From Akkermansia sp. (GTDB taxonomy: Bacteria > Verrucomicrobiota > Verrucomicrobiia > Limisphaerales > SIBH01), in NCBI GenBank assembly GCA_043758205.1, contig JAYVNY010000057.1, positions 1 through 64,000 of the forward strand: a stretch of 64,000 bases of DNA. The letters run 5' to 3'. The position numbers were made by a program, and so were the translations under genes. The notes beneath the pieces were generated by a model that saw nothing but the letters and a program-made list of their open reading frames with translations, had not been told where the DNA came from and made no database searches. This document shows, piece by piece, positions 36,484 through 47,900 of the stretch. Within the stretch, counting starts at the first letter, position 1, and each line of letters starts with the position of its first letter.

Positions 36484-38088
36484 TCAGTCCAGCCCGTGGC
36501 GCTCGATCCACGATTGCGGGAGGGTGCCGTGACTGAGCAGCCAGTCGTTGAATTTTTTCAAACTCCAGCCGCGTCCGTCCACGAGGCGTGCGCGCAGGCG
36601 CTCGTTCTCCAAGCGCCCGAGCCAGTAGCTCATCGGGACGGTGGGCGAACTCGTGTACCAGTTCACATCGCCCTCGGCGCGGGCGCGCGTGAAGCCGAGA
36701 TGTTTCATCATGTGCCGCACGGCGGATTCGTAACTGTAGCGGCGCGTCTGCAATCGCAGGTCCACGAGGATGCGGTGCGCGCGCCAGAGCGCGTCGTGGA
36801 GTTGCTGCACGCGCAGCCACGGCGAGCGATCGATGCGGAGGTCCACCATCAGCTGCTCGCACCAGAGCGTCCAGCCCTCGTAGAACACGGCGTGGGCGAA
36901 AAGCCGCCGCCATTTGCGCGCGTGCTGATTGGCGAGAACGAATTGCAAGTGATGCCCCGGATACGCCTCGTGCGCGCAAGTGAGGCTGAGTCCGAAATGT
37001 TGTTGTCGCTCGGAACGCTGCTCCGCCTCGGTAGATTTCGTCGCGCTCAGGTCATTCACCCAGAAGGTGCCGCGCTGTTTTTTCTCGAACGCGCCGGGCG
37101 AGGAATACGCCGCCGTGGGAAACAGATGCCGCATGAACTCCGGCACCGGGCGCACGCGCAATTCATCGCCCTGCGGAAACGTCACCGCTTTGGCGGCGCG
37201 GAAAGCATCGGCCACGCGCTGCGTCTCGGCGCGATACACGCCCAGCAAGTCGTCGCCGGGATTCCACGCCTCGCGGGCTTCTTTGATGATTTCCTCGGGC
37301 TGCGCTTTCCGACCGAAGCGGGCGCATTCTTTTTTCAGCAAGGCGTTGAGGCGATCCACTTCGCCGAGCGCGAGCGATTCGATTTCGCCGAGGGTGTAAT
37401 CGAGACCGAGTTGATCGCGAACGCGCCGCTGGGTTTCCTCAGCGCCGATGGCGAAAGAGCCGGCGGGCGCGAGCGGGCGCGCCAGCACGGCGTCGCGGTA
37501 GTGCGTCAGGGCTTTTTGCGCGGAGGCGACGAGCGTGTTGTCGCGCGGGCCGGAATGTTTTTCGAGAAAGGCAGTGACGGCCGTGAAAAGCGTGGGCGCA
37601 CCCTCGGCCGTCTGCTCCATGATTTTGCGCCACACCGGTTCCGGGCGGTCGAGGAGCGCGGCGGACTCGGCGAGAAACTTCGGGGTGTCGCGCAGCAGGC
37701 CGCGAATGTTTCCGGCCGCGCGCTTCGGCTCGTCCTCGCCGCGTTGCAATTCATGCAGCAAGGCACCGAGCAGCGTATCCAATGCGTCGGGATCGAGCGC
37801 GTGCCGGCCGCGCGAAAAATCGTCGCACTCGCGCCGCATTTCCGCGCGCCACGCCAGCCGGTCGAGGTGCTGCTCGCGGGTCAGCGTGCGCGGGGAAATG
37901 CCGTCAAGTTTGCGGAGCGCGTCCTGTCGCCGCCGTTCCCAACGCTGCTCGTGCGCCCGGTCGGCGCGGCCCAGTTTTCCTTCGCCGTCGCGCAGGCCGG
38001 CGTGCGCCGCCATCAGCGGATGCTCGGCGAGCAGCGTCTCGAAATACTCGTCGAGCAGTCCGTCGAAGTGAGTTTGATCGCGATTCAT
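36484..38088 (-). CDS. DUF885-family protein (gluzincin-like HExxPGHH)
   Basis: Start at MNRDQTHFDGLLDEYFE..; ..CAHEAYPGHHLQF.. motif. Confidence 0.75.
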   Translation of the reverse strand: MNRDQTHFDGLLDEYFETLLAEHPLMAAHAGLRDGEGKLGRADRAHEQRWERRRQDALRKLDGISPRTLTREQHLDRLAWRAEMRRECDDFSRGRHALDPDALDTLLGALLHELQRGEDEPKRAAGNIRGLLRDTPKFLAESAALLDRPEPVWRKIMEQTAEGAPTLFTAVTAFLEKHSGPRDNTLVASAQKALTHYRDAVLARPLAPAGSFAIGAEETQRRVRDQLGLDYTLGEIESLALGEVDRLNALLKKECARFGRKAQPEEIIKEAREAWNPGDDLLGVYRAETQRVADAFRAAKAVTFPQGDELRVRPVPEFMRHLFPTAAYSSPGAFEKKQRGTFWVNDLSATKSTEAEQRSERQQHFGLSLTCAHEAYPGHHLQFVLANQHARKWRRLFAHAVFYEGWTLWCEQLMVDLRIDRSPWLRVQQLHDALWRAHRILVDLRLQTRRYSYESAVRHMMKHLGFTRARAEGDVNWYTSSPTVPMSYWLGRLENERLRARLVDGRGWSLKKFNDWLLSHGTLPQSWIERHGLD

Positions 38089-38914
38089 GATTTGTCGGCG
38101 CAGTGAATCACCTCCTGTTTCAGCGGGCAAAGGCAAAGGCGGCGGGCGGGACGCCTTTCAAGTCCGTGCGGGAAATCACCGATAGTTTTTCAGCGCGTTC
38201 ACCGCCGTCCGCTGAGCGGTGCGAGGAACAAACATTTATCGAACCCAAATTTCTGCATGAGCACGAACGACAATAAAGCGACCGGAGGAATCGCCATGAG
38301 CTTCGCGACGAAGACGTTGCTGGTCGCGAGCAGCAGACCCAGCCACACCACGCCCACGGTGCAGAGCCAGCAGACGATGACCGTCAATACCTACCGCACC
38401 AGTTCCGCCGCGCGCACCTTCGCCTCCGCGCGGAAGCCCCAGCATTTGGTCAAGGCGTAGTGCGGGGCCGCGCCGAAAAATTTGGCGAGTGATACGGCGA
38501 TGAGCTGGAGAGCGCCTTCGTTTCATTCCTCACGCCCGGTCGGCGCGGGCTGGTTTGGTCTCCGCGCGACCAGGCTCACCCACATGCTTTTGATAGCTGT
38601 TTCGATTTTGACGCGTCTGCCTTGGGCACCGTCGAGGCCTGTCCGTTGCGCCCGATTCGATTAACATAAATCCGAGCCGTCGCCGTTACAGACAACACGC
38701 CGCTGGCGACCAAGAACTTGCCTTCGAGGTTTGCTTGTGATTAAAGATATCAACTCACGAGCTACCAGACGCGGCATTGGCGTGCCGTATTTGCGTCGCT
38801 CGACCAAAACAAACAGCGGTGTTAAGAAGTGCGTCTATGCTCGCCTGTCGTTGGCTTCGGACATTTTTGTCCGAGCCCCGCGAGCGTTCATTTCTGAACT
38901 CATCCCCCAACTCT

Positions 38915-41900
38915 ATGCAAACCATCCGTATCCTTGCCCTTGTGCTGGCCCTCGTCAGCGTATCCCGCGCCGCGTTGCCCACCATTGACACCCAGCCGGC
39001 CAGTTCCACGAACTGTCCCGGTACCACCGCAACTTTCACCGTCACCGCGTCGAGCGATTCCTCCACGAACTACCAATGGTATTTCAATGTGACGAACGCG
39101 GTCGCCGATGCGACGAACGCGAGCTACGCCGTTGTCGGCGTCGCGGCGAGCAATGCCGGCGGTTACTCCGTCGTTGTGGCCAACAACGATGGTTCCGTGA
39201 CCAGTGTGGTCGCGCAACTCGTGGTCAATGTCGCCACTACCGCGAGCGGCCCGGCCAACACCAGTGTGTGCGTGAACGGCACCACCGTGCTGACCACGAC
39301 GCCCGGCGGCACCGGGCCGTTCACCTATGTATGGCGCAAAGACGGGGGCGCGCCGCTGGGTTCTGTGGGTAACACCCACACGATTTCCGGCGCGACGTTG
39401 GGCGATGCGGGGGTGTATTCGGTGGAAGTTTCCGGTTCCTGCAACAGTGTAACCAACAGCGCGACTCTCACGGTGAATCCTCTGCCGTCGGTCGCAGTGA
39501 ACTCGGTCACGGTTTGCTCAAACAACCCCGGCGTGCTGACCGCGACCACGGGCGCGGCCAACCCCGCTTATCTTTGGACGCCCGGCGGCCAGACGACGGC
39601 CAGCGTCACCAACACCCCGATTTCGACGACTGTTTACACCGTCCTCGTGACGGATGGCGTGACGGGTTGCACGAACAGCGGCTCTGGCACGATCACGGTT
39701 CAGCCCCGCACCACGTCCACGGCCCTGGCTAACCAGACCAACTGCCCCGCCAGCAGCATTACCTTCTCCACCACGGCGGGCGGCACCGGGCCGTTCACCT
39801 ACACTTGGCGCAAGAACGGAACTGTGGTGCAGGGGCCGAACGGAACCAGTTCCTACAACATTCCTTCGGCGGTGGCGGCGGACAGCGGCACCTACAGCGT
39901 GGAAACGGCCGGCTCTTGCAACACCGTGACGAACAGTGCCTTCCTCCAAATCATTGCGGCCCCGGTCATCACCACGCAGCCCGCGAACTTCACGACCCCG
40001 ATGGGCAATGGTGCGACCTTCACGGTCGTGGCGACCACAGTGAATTCCACGGTCGGCCCGCTTTCGTACCAATGGCGCACGAACGGTGTGAACGTGACCG
40101 GTGCGACCTCCTCCAGTTTTTCAATCTCGAATGTTTCGCTGAGTCTGAACGGGCTGCAGGTGAGTTGCAGGGTTTCGAGCTGCGGCGGCGTGACCCTGAG
40201 CTCGGCGGCGACCTTGACGATCACGCCAATCACCGGCATTAGCTTCGACTTCAATACCCCCGGCCAATACACGAACGCGCCCTACAACCTCTTCGGCAAC
40301 GATTGGGTCAACACGGCCATCGTCAATGCCCAGCCCTTCGGCCCGATTCTTCCCTTCGAGCAACCCACCGGTGGCGTGGGTGTGGCCACGGGCGGCGGCG
40401 TGCTGGATTTGATCCATAACAACGGTAGCGACCAGACTTCGCTGCTCGTCCCGGTGACGTATGACTTCTCGCTGCCGGGCAAATCCCTCACGGCTTCGAT
40501 CATGATCAAAGTTAAGTTGGGCATCTCTTTGAACCGCGCCACGCAGTTGGGTTTCGTAGCCATCACCAACCTCCCTTCGCTGAACAACACCATGCAGGGC
40601 ATCGCGGCCAACAACGGGCAGGGTTTCATGTCGGTGATTTTGCAGTCCACCGTGACGAATCAATCACCGCCGCTGCTCGGCTATTCCTTGCGGGCTCAGG
40701 TCAAAGCCACCAACGGTACCGTCGCTACCGAGTACCTGCCGGTCAACACCCCGACCAACTCGCTGTCGAGCAACAACTGGTATCGGCTCGTGGCGAAATT
40801 CGTCAACACCCGCACGACCAACTCTTCCGCGGCCACGAACCTCAACACCTTCACCATCGAAGCCACTCTCCAGGATATGGGATCCAATGGTATGATTCCC
40901 GGCCCCATCGTTCTCGCCTACACTCCGATCACCTGCATCAGCAACCTGGATTTCGTGTATCACAACAGCCTGTTCTTCGCCGTGCGCGGCATTGAAACGG
41001 GCGGCGTTGATTATTGGGATAACTTGTTCGTGAGCACTACGCCGGGCAACGTCTTCTTTGTCCAGCAGCCGACTAACACCACCGTGCTCCAGGGCCGTTG
41101 GACGACGCTTTACGCGATGGTGGATGGCGACGGCCCCTACACCTACCAATGGTCGAAGAACGGCACGCCGATTCCCGGCGCGGGCAACTGGAAGTACCAG
41201 ACCCCGCAGGTGACGACCGCCGACAATGGCGCGGTCTATACCGTCACCGTCACCTCCACGAACAACTCCATCACCAGCGCCGGTGCCACCCTGACCGTGA
41301 CTCCTGATACGCTGGATGTGCTCTCCGTCGGTAGCGTGGACGGTGGGTTGATTGGTCTGCGCTTTGACCAGCCGGTCGCCCCGGGTTCGGCGGAAATTGC
41401 GGGCAACTACCTGATCAACGGTACTCCGGCCCTCTCCGCGAAGTTGCGCGTGTTCAATCCCCTGAATCCGATGCAGCAGTTGCGCACGAACCAGACGGAA
41501 GTGCTCCTCGTGCCGGCGTCGCCGGTCGCGGGCAGTTTCACGGTCACGGTTTCCGGTGTCACCTCCATCTCCGGCACGGCGCTCGGGGCGAACAATTCTG
41601 CGGTCGGTTCCGTGCTTGGGTTGACCAGCTTCGATGTGGATCCGCAGGCCATCCGTTTCAGCCGACCGGAAATCAGCGGCGCTCAGGTCAGCACGCTGCC
41701 CGGCTACACCTACAGCTTTGCGCCGAACCAGTTGGAATTGGTCTCCGGCGGCCATGATGTTTTCGGCAACTTTGACGGGTTTCACTTCGCCTACAAACAG
41801 ATCACGGGCGACTTCGACTTGAAGGTGCGCGTGCCCTACGTCGATCTGGTGCGCACGCCGACCAAGGCGGGCTTTGATGCCCGTATCTCGCTGGATGCGG

Positions 41901-44900
41901 ATGCGCCGAACGTGGGCGTGTTCGCCGACCCCGCGCTGCCGGGCCGTAACTTCGCGGAAGCCGGCGCGCGCACGAATTACAATCAGGCCACCGTTTCCTG
42001 GGGTAACAACGCCACGTTGACTTATCCGAACGCTTGGATCCGTTTCCGTCGCGCGGGCAACACCTTCCTGCGCTACTCGAGCACCAACGGCATCTTCTGG
42101 CAGTTCGACGGTCAGTTCAGCCCCAGCAGCCCCGGCAGCCAGGGCATGCAATTCCCCGACACTCTCTTCGTGGGTGTGGCAGGCAACTGTAACGTGGGTG
42201 GCGGCACCATCCAGCAATACGCCGTCTCGCAGTATGACCAGTATGGTGACTTCGCGGGCTATGCGAATGCACTCCTGACCATCGCCGCGCAACCGAATTT
42301 GGGCCAGACGAACGTGGCCGGGAACTCGACCAACCTCAACGGACTCATGGTCACCTTCACCACCAACGGCGTGACCGTGCCAGCGACGCTCGGTGAAATG
42401 GCCTTCATCTGGCAGCGCGCCAATGGACTGGGCGGCTGGACCAACCTGCCGACGGCCGGTCTCACGGCCAGCAACCTCGTCACGGGCGCACTCTTCGGCA
42501 ACGACAACGGCGCGCAATACCGCGCCATCGTCCGCGCCCCCGGTGCCCTGAGCGTGACCAGCGCCGTCGTCACGATGACGGTGATTGATCTGACTCCGCC
42601 CACCGTGGTGTCGGTGCTCATGCCCAGCAATTCGCCCAACCAGGTGATTGTCTATTTCTCGGAGAAGGTGTCGGACGCCACGGCCTTGAACACGGCGAAC
42701 TACCGCCTGACGAACCTGCTCACGGGCGTCACCTACACCATCGCCAGAGCACAATCTTACCTCGGCGACAACCGCACGGTTATCCTGACGATCAACGGCC
42801 CGCTGCCCCCGTCTCCCCGCTATTCGTTGGGTGTCAGCGGAGTGCAGGACCTGGGTGGCCAGACCGTGGCTACCACTGCTCCCAGCTTCGCGATGACCGG
42901 CATGGGTTTGGTGAACTCCGTGGAAGTGGACTACTACGGATCTTTGGCCAACTCGTCTAGCTTGGCGGACCTGACCGGCAACATCAAATTCATCAACAAC
43001 CAGCCGGACTGGATCATGTATAGCAACTCGATGAACATGGGCGGCGGTGCCTTCGCCTTCCCGGCCTCCACTCCGTTGCTGGGTGATAACTACGGCGTGA
43101 AGATGTTCACCTACTTCATTGCGCCCTCCAATTCGCAATACGTGTTCTGGTGGAAGGCGGACGACTACGCCCAATTCTCCATGACCACGAATCCGGCGGC
43201 GACGGGCGGCACGACGAATCCGTTGTTCAAAACCAGTGCGCCCATCTTGACCGCGAACGTCCCGATTTTCACCAACGCCAACACGTTCATCACTCCGCCG
43301 CTGACGGCCGGTCAGGCCTACTACACGGAGTTGTTGTACAAGGAAGGCGGCGGCGGCGACGGCGGCGTGATCTTCGTGACCATGGGCGGCACGACCAATG
43401 CAATTCCGTTGGGCAACTCCATCGCCCCGACTTATCTCTGGTCCTTCCCGGATGCGGTGGCTCGTCCGCCCAAGATGCTCATGGAGTTCTACACCGGCTT
43501 GAACAACGTGGGCCAGGTTGGCCAGTCGGGTAACGGCAACCTGCCGGATCTCCAGTGGGTGACCAACTTCCAGAACGTGGTCGCAGGCACGCCCAACGGC
43601 ATCGGCTACGTGAACATCTCGGGTTACTCGACCAACTTGGGCAACACCAGCTTGGATGCTTACCTGGGCCGTCTCCGCGGCTACTTCCTCCCGCCGACCA
43701 ACGGCAACTACCGCTTCTACACGCGCTCGGATGACTCCTGCGAGTTCTACATGAACACCAACGCGGTCAACAGCACCGACCCGGCGGGCCGGAGCTTCCT
43801 GCGCGCCCAGTTCGCCTTCACGAACATCACCCAACTCTGGCAGACACCTGTCGTCACCCTCACCGGAGGCCAGCTCTACTATATTGAAGGCATCTTCCGC
43901 GAAGGCGCGGGCGGCGACGGTATGACCATCGCGGTGAGCGGCGGCGATGAGCCGGCTCCGACGGGCGGCTTGGATTTGATTCCGCAGAGCATGTTGGTCT
44001 TCCCGACCAATCTGGATCGCGTGGGTCCCGTCAACTTCAACCAGGCTGGTAGCGCCGGTGGCTTGGCCCCGATGAACCCGACTGTGACCGACGGTCAGAA
44101 AATCACCTTCCAAGCTCGCGGCCTCGCTGGCTCCGCTCCGTATCTCGGCTTCATCTTCGCCAAGAACGGCGTGCAGATGCAGAGCTGCCCGACGGTCACC
44201 TACCCGGCGAATGCACCCTATTTCTGGGTCAGCCCACCCTTCACCGCTGCGGATAACGGCGCGGTCATCACCCTCACCGTGACGAACTATTTCAGCAGCG
44301 TCACCGTGACGAGCATCGTGACGGTCCTGGCCGACAACACGGCCCCGACCATTGTCAGTGCCGTGAGTTCGCAGTACGGCGGGCAGGTGTTGATCACCTT
44401 CAGCGAGAATGTTGATTCCACCACGGCCACTCGCGCGGGCAACTACAGCATCCCCGGCCTGACGGTGTATGCGGCGTGGCGTGATGACGTGAACCCGAAC
44501 CGCGTGAGCTTGCAGACCAGCCCGCAGACGCCGGGCACGACCTACACCGTAACGATCAACGGTGTGAAAGATCTGTCCACCGGTGGCAATGCCATGTCCG
44601 GGGCATCCAAGAGCTTCACCACCTGGGGCTTCGGCGGTTTGGGCACGGCGTACGTGGAAATCTTCACGAACATCGCCAGCACCAGTCCGGACTTCTTCTT
44701 CAACGACCCGAAGGGCGTGTACAACATGCCGGACATCTCTTACTACACGAACACGTTCTCGATCAGCCAGTTCGGGGCGCATGGCGGCTTGGAATTCTAC
44801 GCCGGCCGCGTGAGCGGCCTGTTCATGCCCCCGAGCAATGGACTCTATCAGTTCTATGTCCGCGGTGACGACGGCACGCGTCTCTACATGAACACCAACG

Positions 44901-47900
44901 GCCCCGCGCCCGCCGACAAGGTGCTGGTCGCCCGTAACGATGGTGCCAACTCCGGCCCGGTGGGTGCGAGCAGCGGCTACATCACGGGCACGGCCAACGG
45001 CCGCGTGGGCAATAGCGCCACCCCGGTGCTCTCGCTCACCAACGGCACCCCCTACTATCTGGAAGGCATCATGAAAGAAGGCGGCGGCGGCGACTATCTC
45101 ATGGTGGTGATGCGCGCCCTCGATCCGCTCACCTTGCTGCCCATCGGCGGTCTCCCGCTGACTCCGGCGGCGACCGACGTGGTTTCTGGCGGCTTCTTCC
45201 AGGCCACGGGCAACCCGGACATCAACCAGTTGGTCGTCATCTCGGCTCCGCCCACGGAGTTGACGGTGTTCGAGAATGATCTGGTGAATTTGGAGTTGGT
45301 CGCCAACGCGATTCCTCCTTCGCTCACGCCCTACATCACCTATCAGTGGCAGCGCACCAATGATGGCTCCGGCACCTTCACCAACATCCCGAACGCGACC
45401 ACGGCGAGCTACAGCTTCTACGCCAGCCTCAGCGATGACAGCACGCACTACCGCCTGCGCGCCACCATCCCTGGCCAGACCGTCTTCTTCTCGACGCTAC
45501 TGCATGTGCTGGTGGACACGGTGCCGCCTTACATTGTCTCCGTCAGCGCCCGCACCCCGATTAACGGCAAGCAACTGGTCGGACTGGCTTGGGACGGTCC
45601 GACGGATCCCGGCATCGCCACTGACCCGTCGGGCTATTACGCGGTTGACGAGTTCTCCACCACGGTCAACTTCGTCACGGTGCAGTATCGCCCCGGCTTT
45701 CCTAACCAATTACTCCTCCAGGTGGATGAGACGAGCGGCATCCTGATCGGCAACTTCACCATCTATCGCGACTTCATGCAGGATCGCGCGGCGGTGCCGA
45801 ACCCGGCGTTCAACCTCACGGCCACCGGCGCGGTGCAGCGCCTGAGCGAGCAAATCGTCGGCACCATCGGCAGCATTGCCGCCGGCGGCTACAACGCCAA
45901 CGCGCCCGGCCTCGGCTTCGTCGGCCTGGCCACCCCCACGGAAATGTTCACGGTCACGAACGCGGGCTGGGATGTCTCGGCCAACGGCTGGGACATTTGG
46001 AATAATGCGGACGGGTTCCTCTTCGGCCATCGCGAAGTGACCGGCAATTTCGACATCAAGACCCGCCTCCAGAAATTCACCGGCGCGGATCAATGGTCCA
46101 AGGCCGGACTCATGGTGCGGCCGAGCACGAACAGCAACAGCCGCATGTTCTTCATGGGCACCACGCCCCGCACCACGCCCATTGCCGGCCAGGTCCCGAA
46201 CAACTTCTTCGCCGCCCAGTACCGTGACCTTGACGGTGGCGCTCCGGGCAATGTGCAAAACGCCGTCCCGCCCGGTTACCCGAACGCCTGGGTCCGCCTC
46301 CAGCGCAGCAACTCGGTGTTCTACGGTTACTGGAGCACCAACGGCACGGACTGGAACGTCCTGTTCTCGCGCGACTTCTCCGGCACCATTGCCGGTGGCT
46401 TCCCGGACACGGTGCTGGTGGGCTTGGGCACGTGCTCACATGACCAGACCCGCAGTCTGGCCAACAATGCCTACGTCGAGTATCGCAATCTCTACTTCCC
46501 GAACGGCGCGGTCATTCTCACCCAGCCGGAACCGGCCTTCGTCGAGGTCGGCATCCACCAGAGCGTGACCTTCTCGAACCTCACCGCCTCCGGTGCCGGC
46601 GTCCGCTACCAATGGCGTCTCAACGGCGCGGCCATCACCGATGCCACCAACGCCTCGCTCACGTTGCCCAACACGGCCGTCGGCCAGTCCGGCATCTACA
46701 CGGTGGCCGCTTACACCGACGGCGGCGGCCAGATCAGCTCGAACGTGGTCCTTTCCGTGACCAACGTCCTGCCGACCGTTGTCAATGATTCGCTCACGGC
46801 GACCCAGGGCATGGTGCGCACGTTCCCGGCTTCGTTCCTCCTTGCGAACGACAGCGACTTCGAACTCGATCCGCTCTCGGTGCTCTCCGTGTTCTATCCG
46901 CATACCCTCGCCACGAACTTCGATGGCGGCGCGTTCAGCGGCTCGGTCATGTATGGCAACGCCACGAACGTGTCCACGGGCGGCACAGGTGATTCCGGTC
47001 GCATCCGCCTGAACGACGCGCTGGCCTCCCAAGCTGGCTCGGTCGTCTTCAACGAGGTGACGCCCGGTGCGCGTGTGTTGGCGTTCCGCGCCGCGTTCAA
47101 CCTGCGTATCGCCGAAGGCAGCGCGGAACCGGCTGACGGTTTCAGCTTCAACTTCGCGGGTGACCTGCCGAATGCGGCGACGGGCGCGCGGGCGTCGGAA
47201 GATGGCCTTGGCAGCGGCTTCAGCTTCTGCGTGGACAATTACCGCTTCCTGCCCTTCGTGGGCGTCGGTGCCGCCGCCGGCAGCGGAGCCAGCACCACGG
47301 CCAACACTTCCGGTATGAAGGTGAATTACGGCAACATCGTTCGCGCTGGTGTCCAGGCTCCGACCTGGAACAACACGGCCTACATCCCGGTGGACATCAC
47401 GCTGGAATCGAACGGTCGCCTCACCGTGCTGGTCAATGGCACCAACGTCTTCGGCACTTTCACCATCCCGTGGGTGCCGCAGGCGGGCCGCTTCGGCTTC
47501 TTCGCCCGCACCGGCGGCCAGTTGGAGTCACACTCAATTGATGATCTGAACATCAGCTACATCGCTGAGGACACGCAGCGAGGTGGCCTGCTCACCTACA
47601 CCAACGGCGTCGTGGCCTACAGCCCCCCGTCCATCGGTTGCGGACTTGACAGGTTCTTCTACATCGCCAGCGACGGTCAGGTCGGCGGCACCAACGTCGG
47701 CACCGTCACCGTCAACATCGTTAGTTCCAATGCGCCGGTGATTGTGAGTTGCGCGGCCAACCAGACCTACTACGTGAGCGGAGGTTGCACGGTCAACCTG
47801 CCCAACCTCACCGGTGGCTTGGTGGTCACTGACTGTGGCACCTACACCATCACGCAAAGCCCGGCGGCCGGAACCGCGCTCGGCTTGGGCAATACCATCG

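Noticed and set aside
35989-38106. 705-aa plus-strand ORF
   Set aside because: Antisense to flavoprotein and DUF885 genes
38199-38387. 62-aa TTG-initiated ORF with two hydrophobic stretches upstream of DUF885 gene
   Set aside because: Non-ATG start, no RBS, overlaps other GC-driven frames; insufficient support
40664-45448. 1594-aa minus-strand ORF
   Set aside because: Antisense to the adhesin gene, whose + frame has signal peptide and repeated Ig/PA14/HYR motifs
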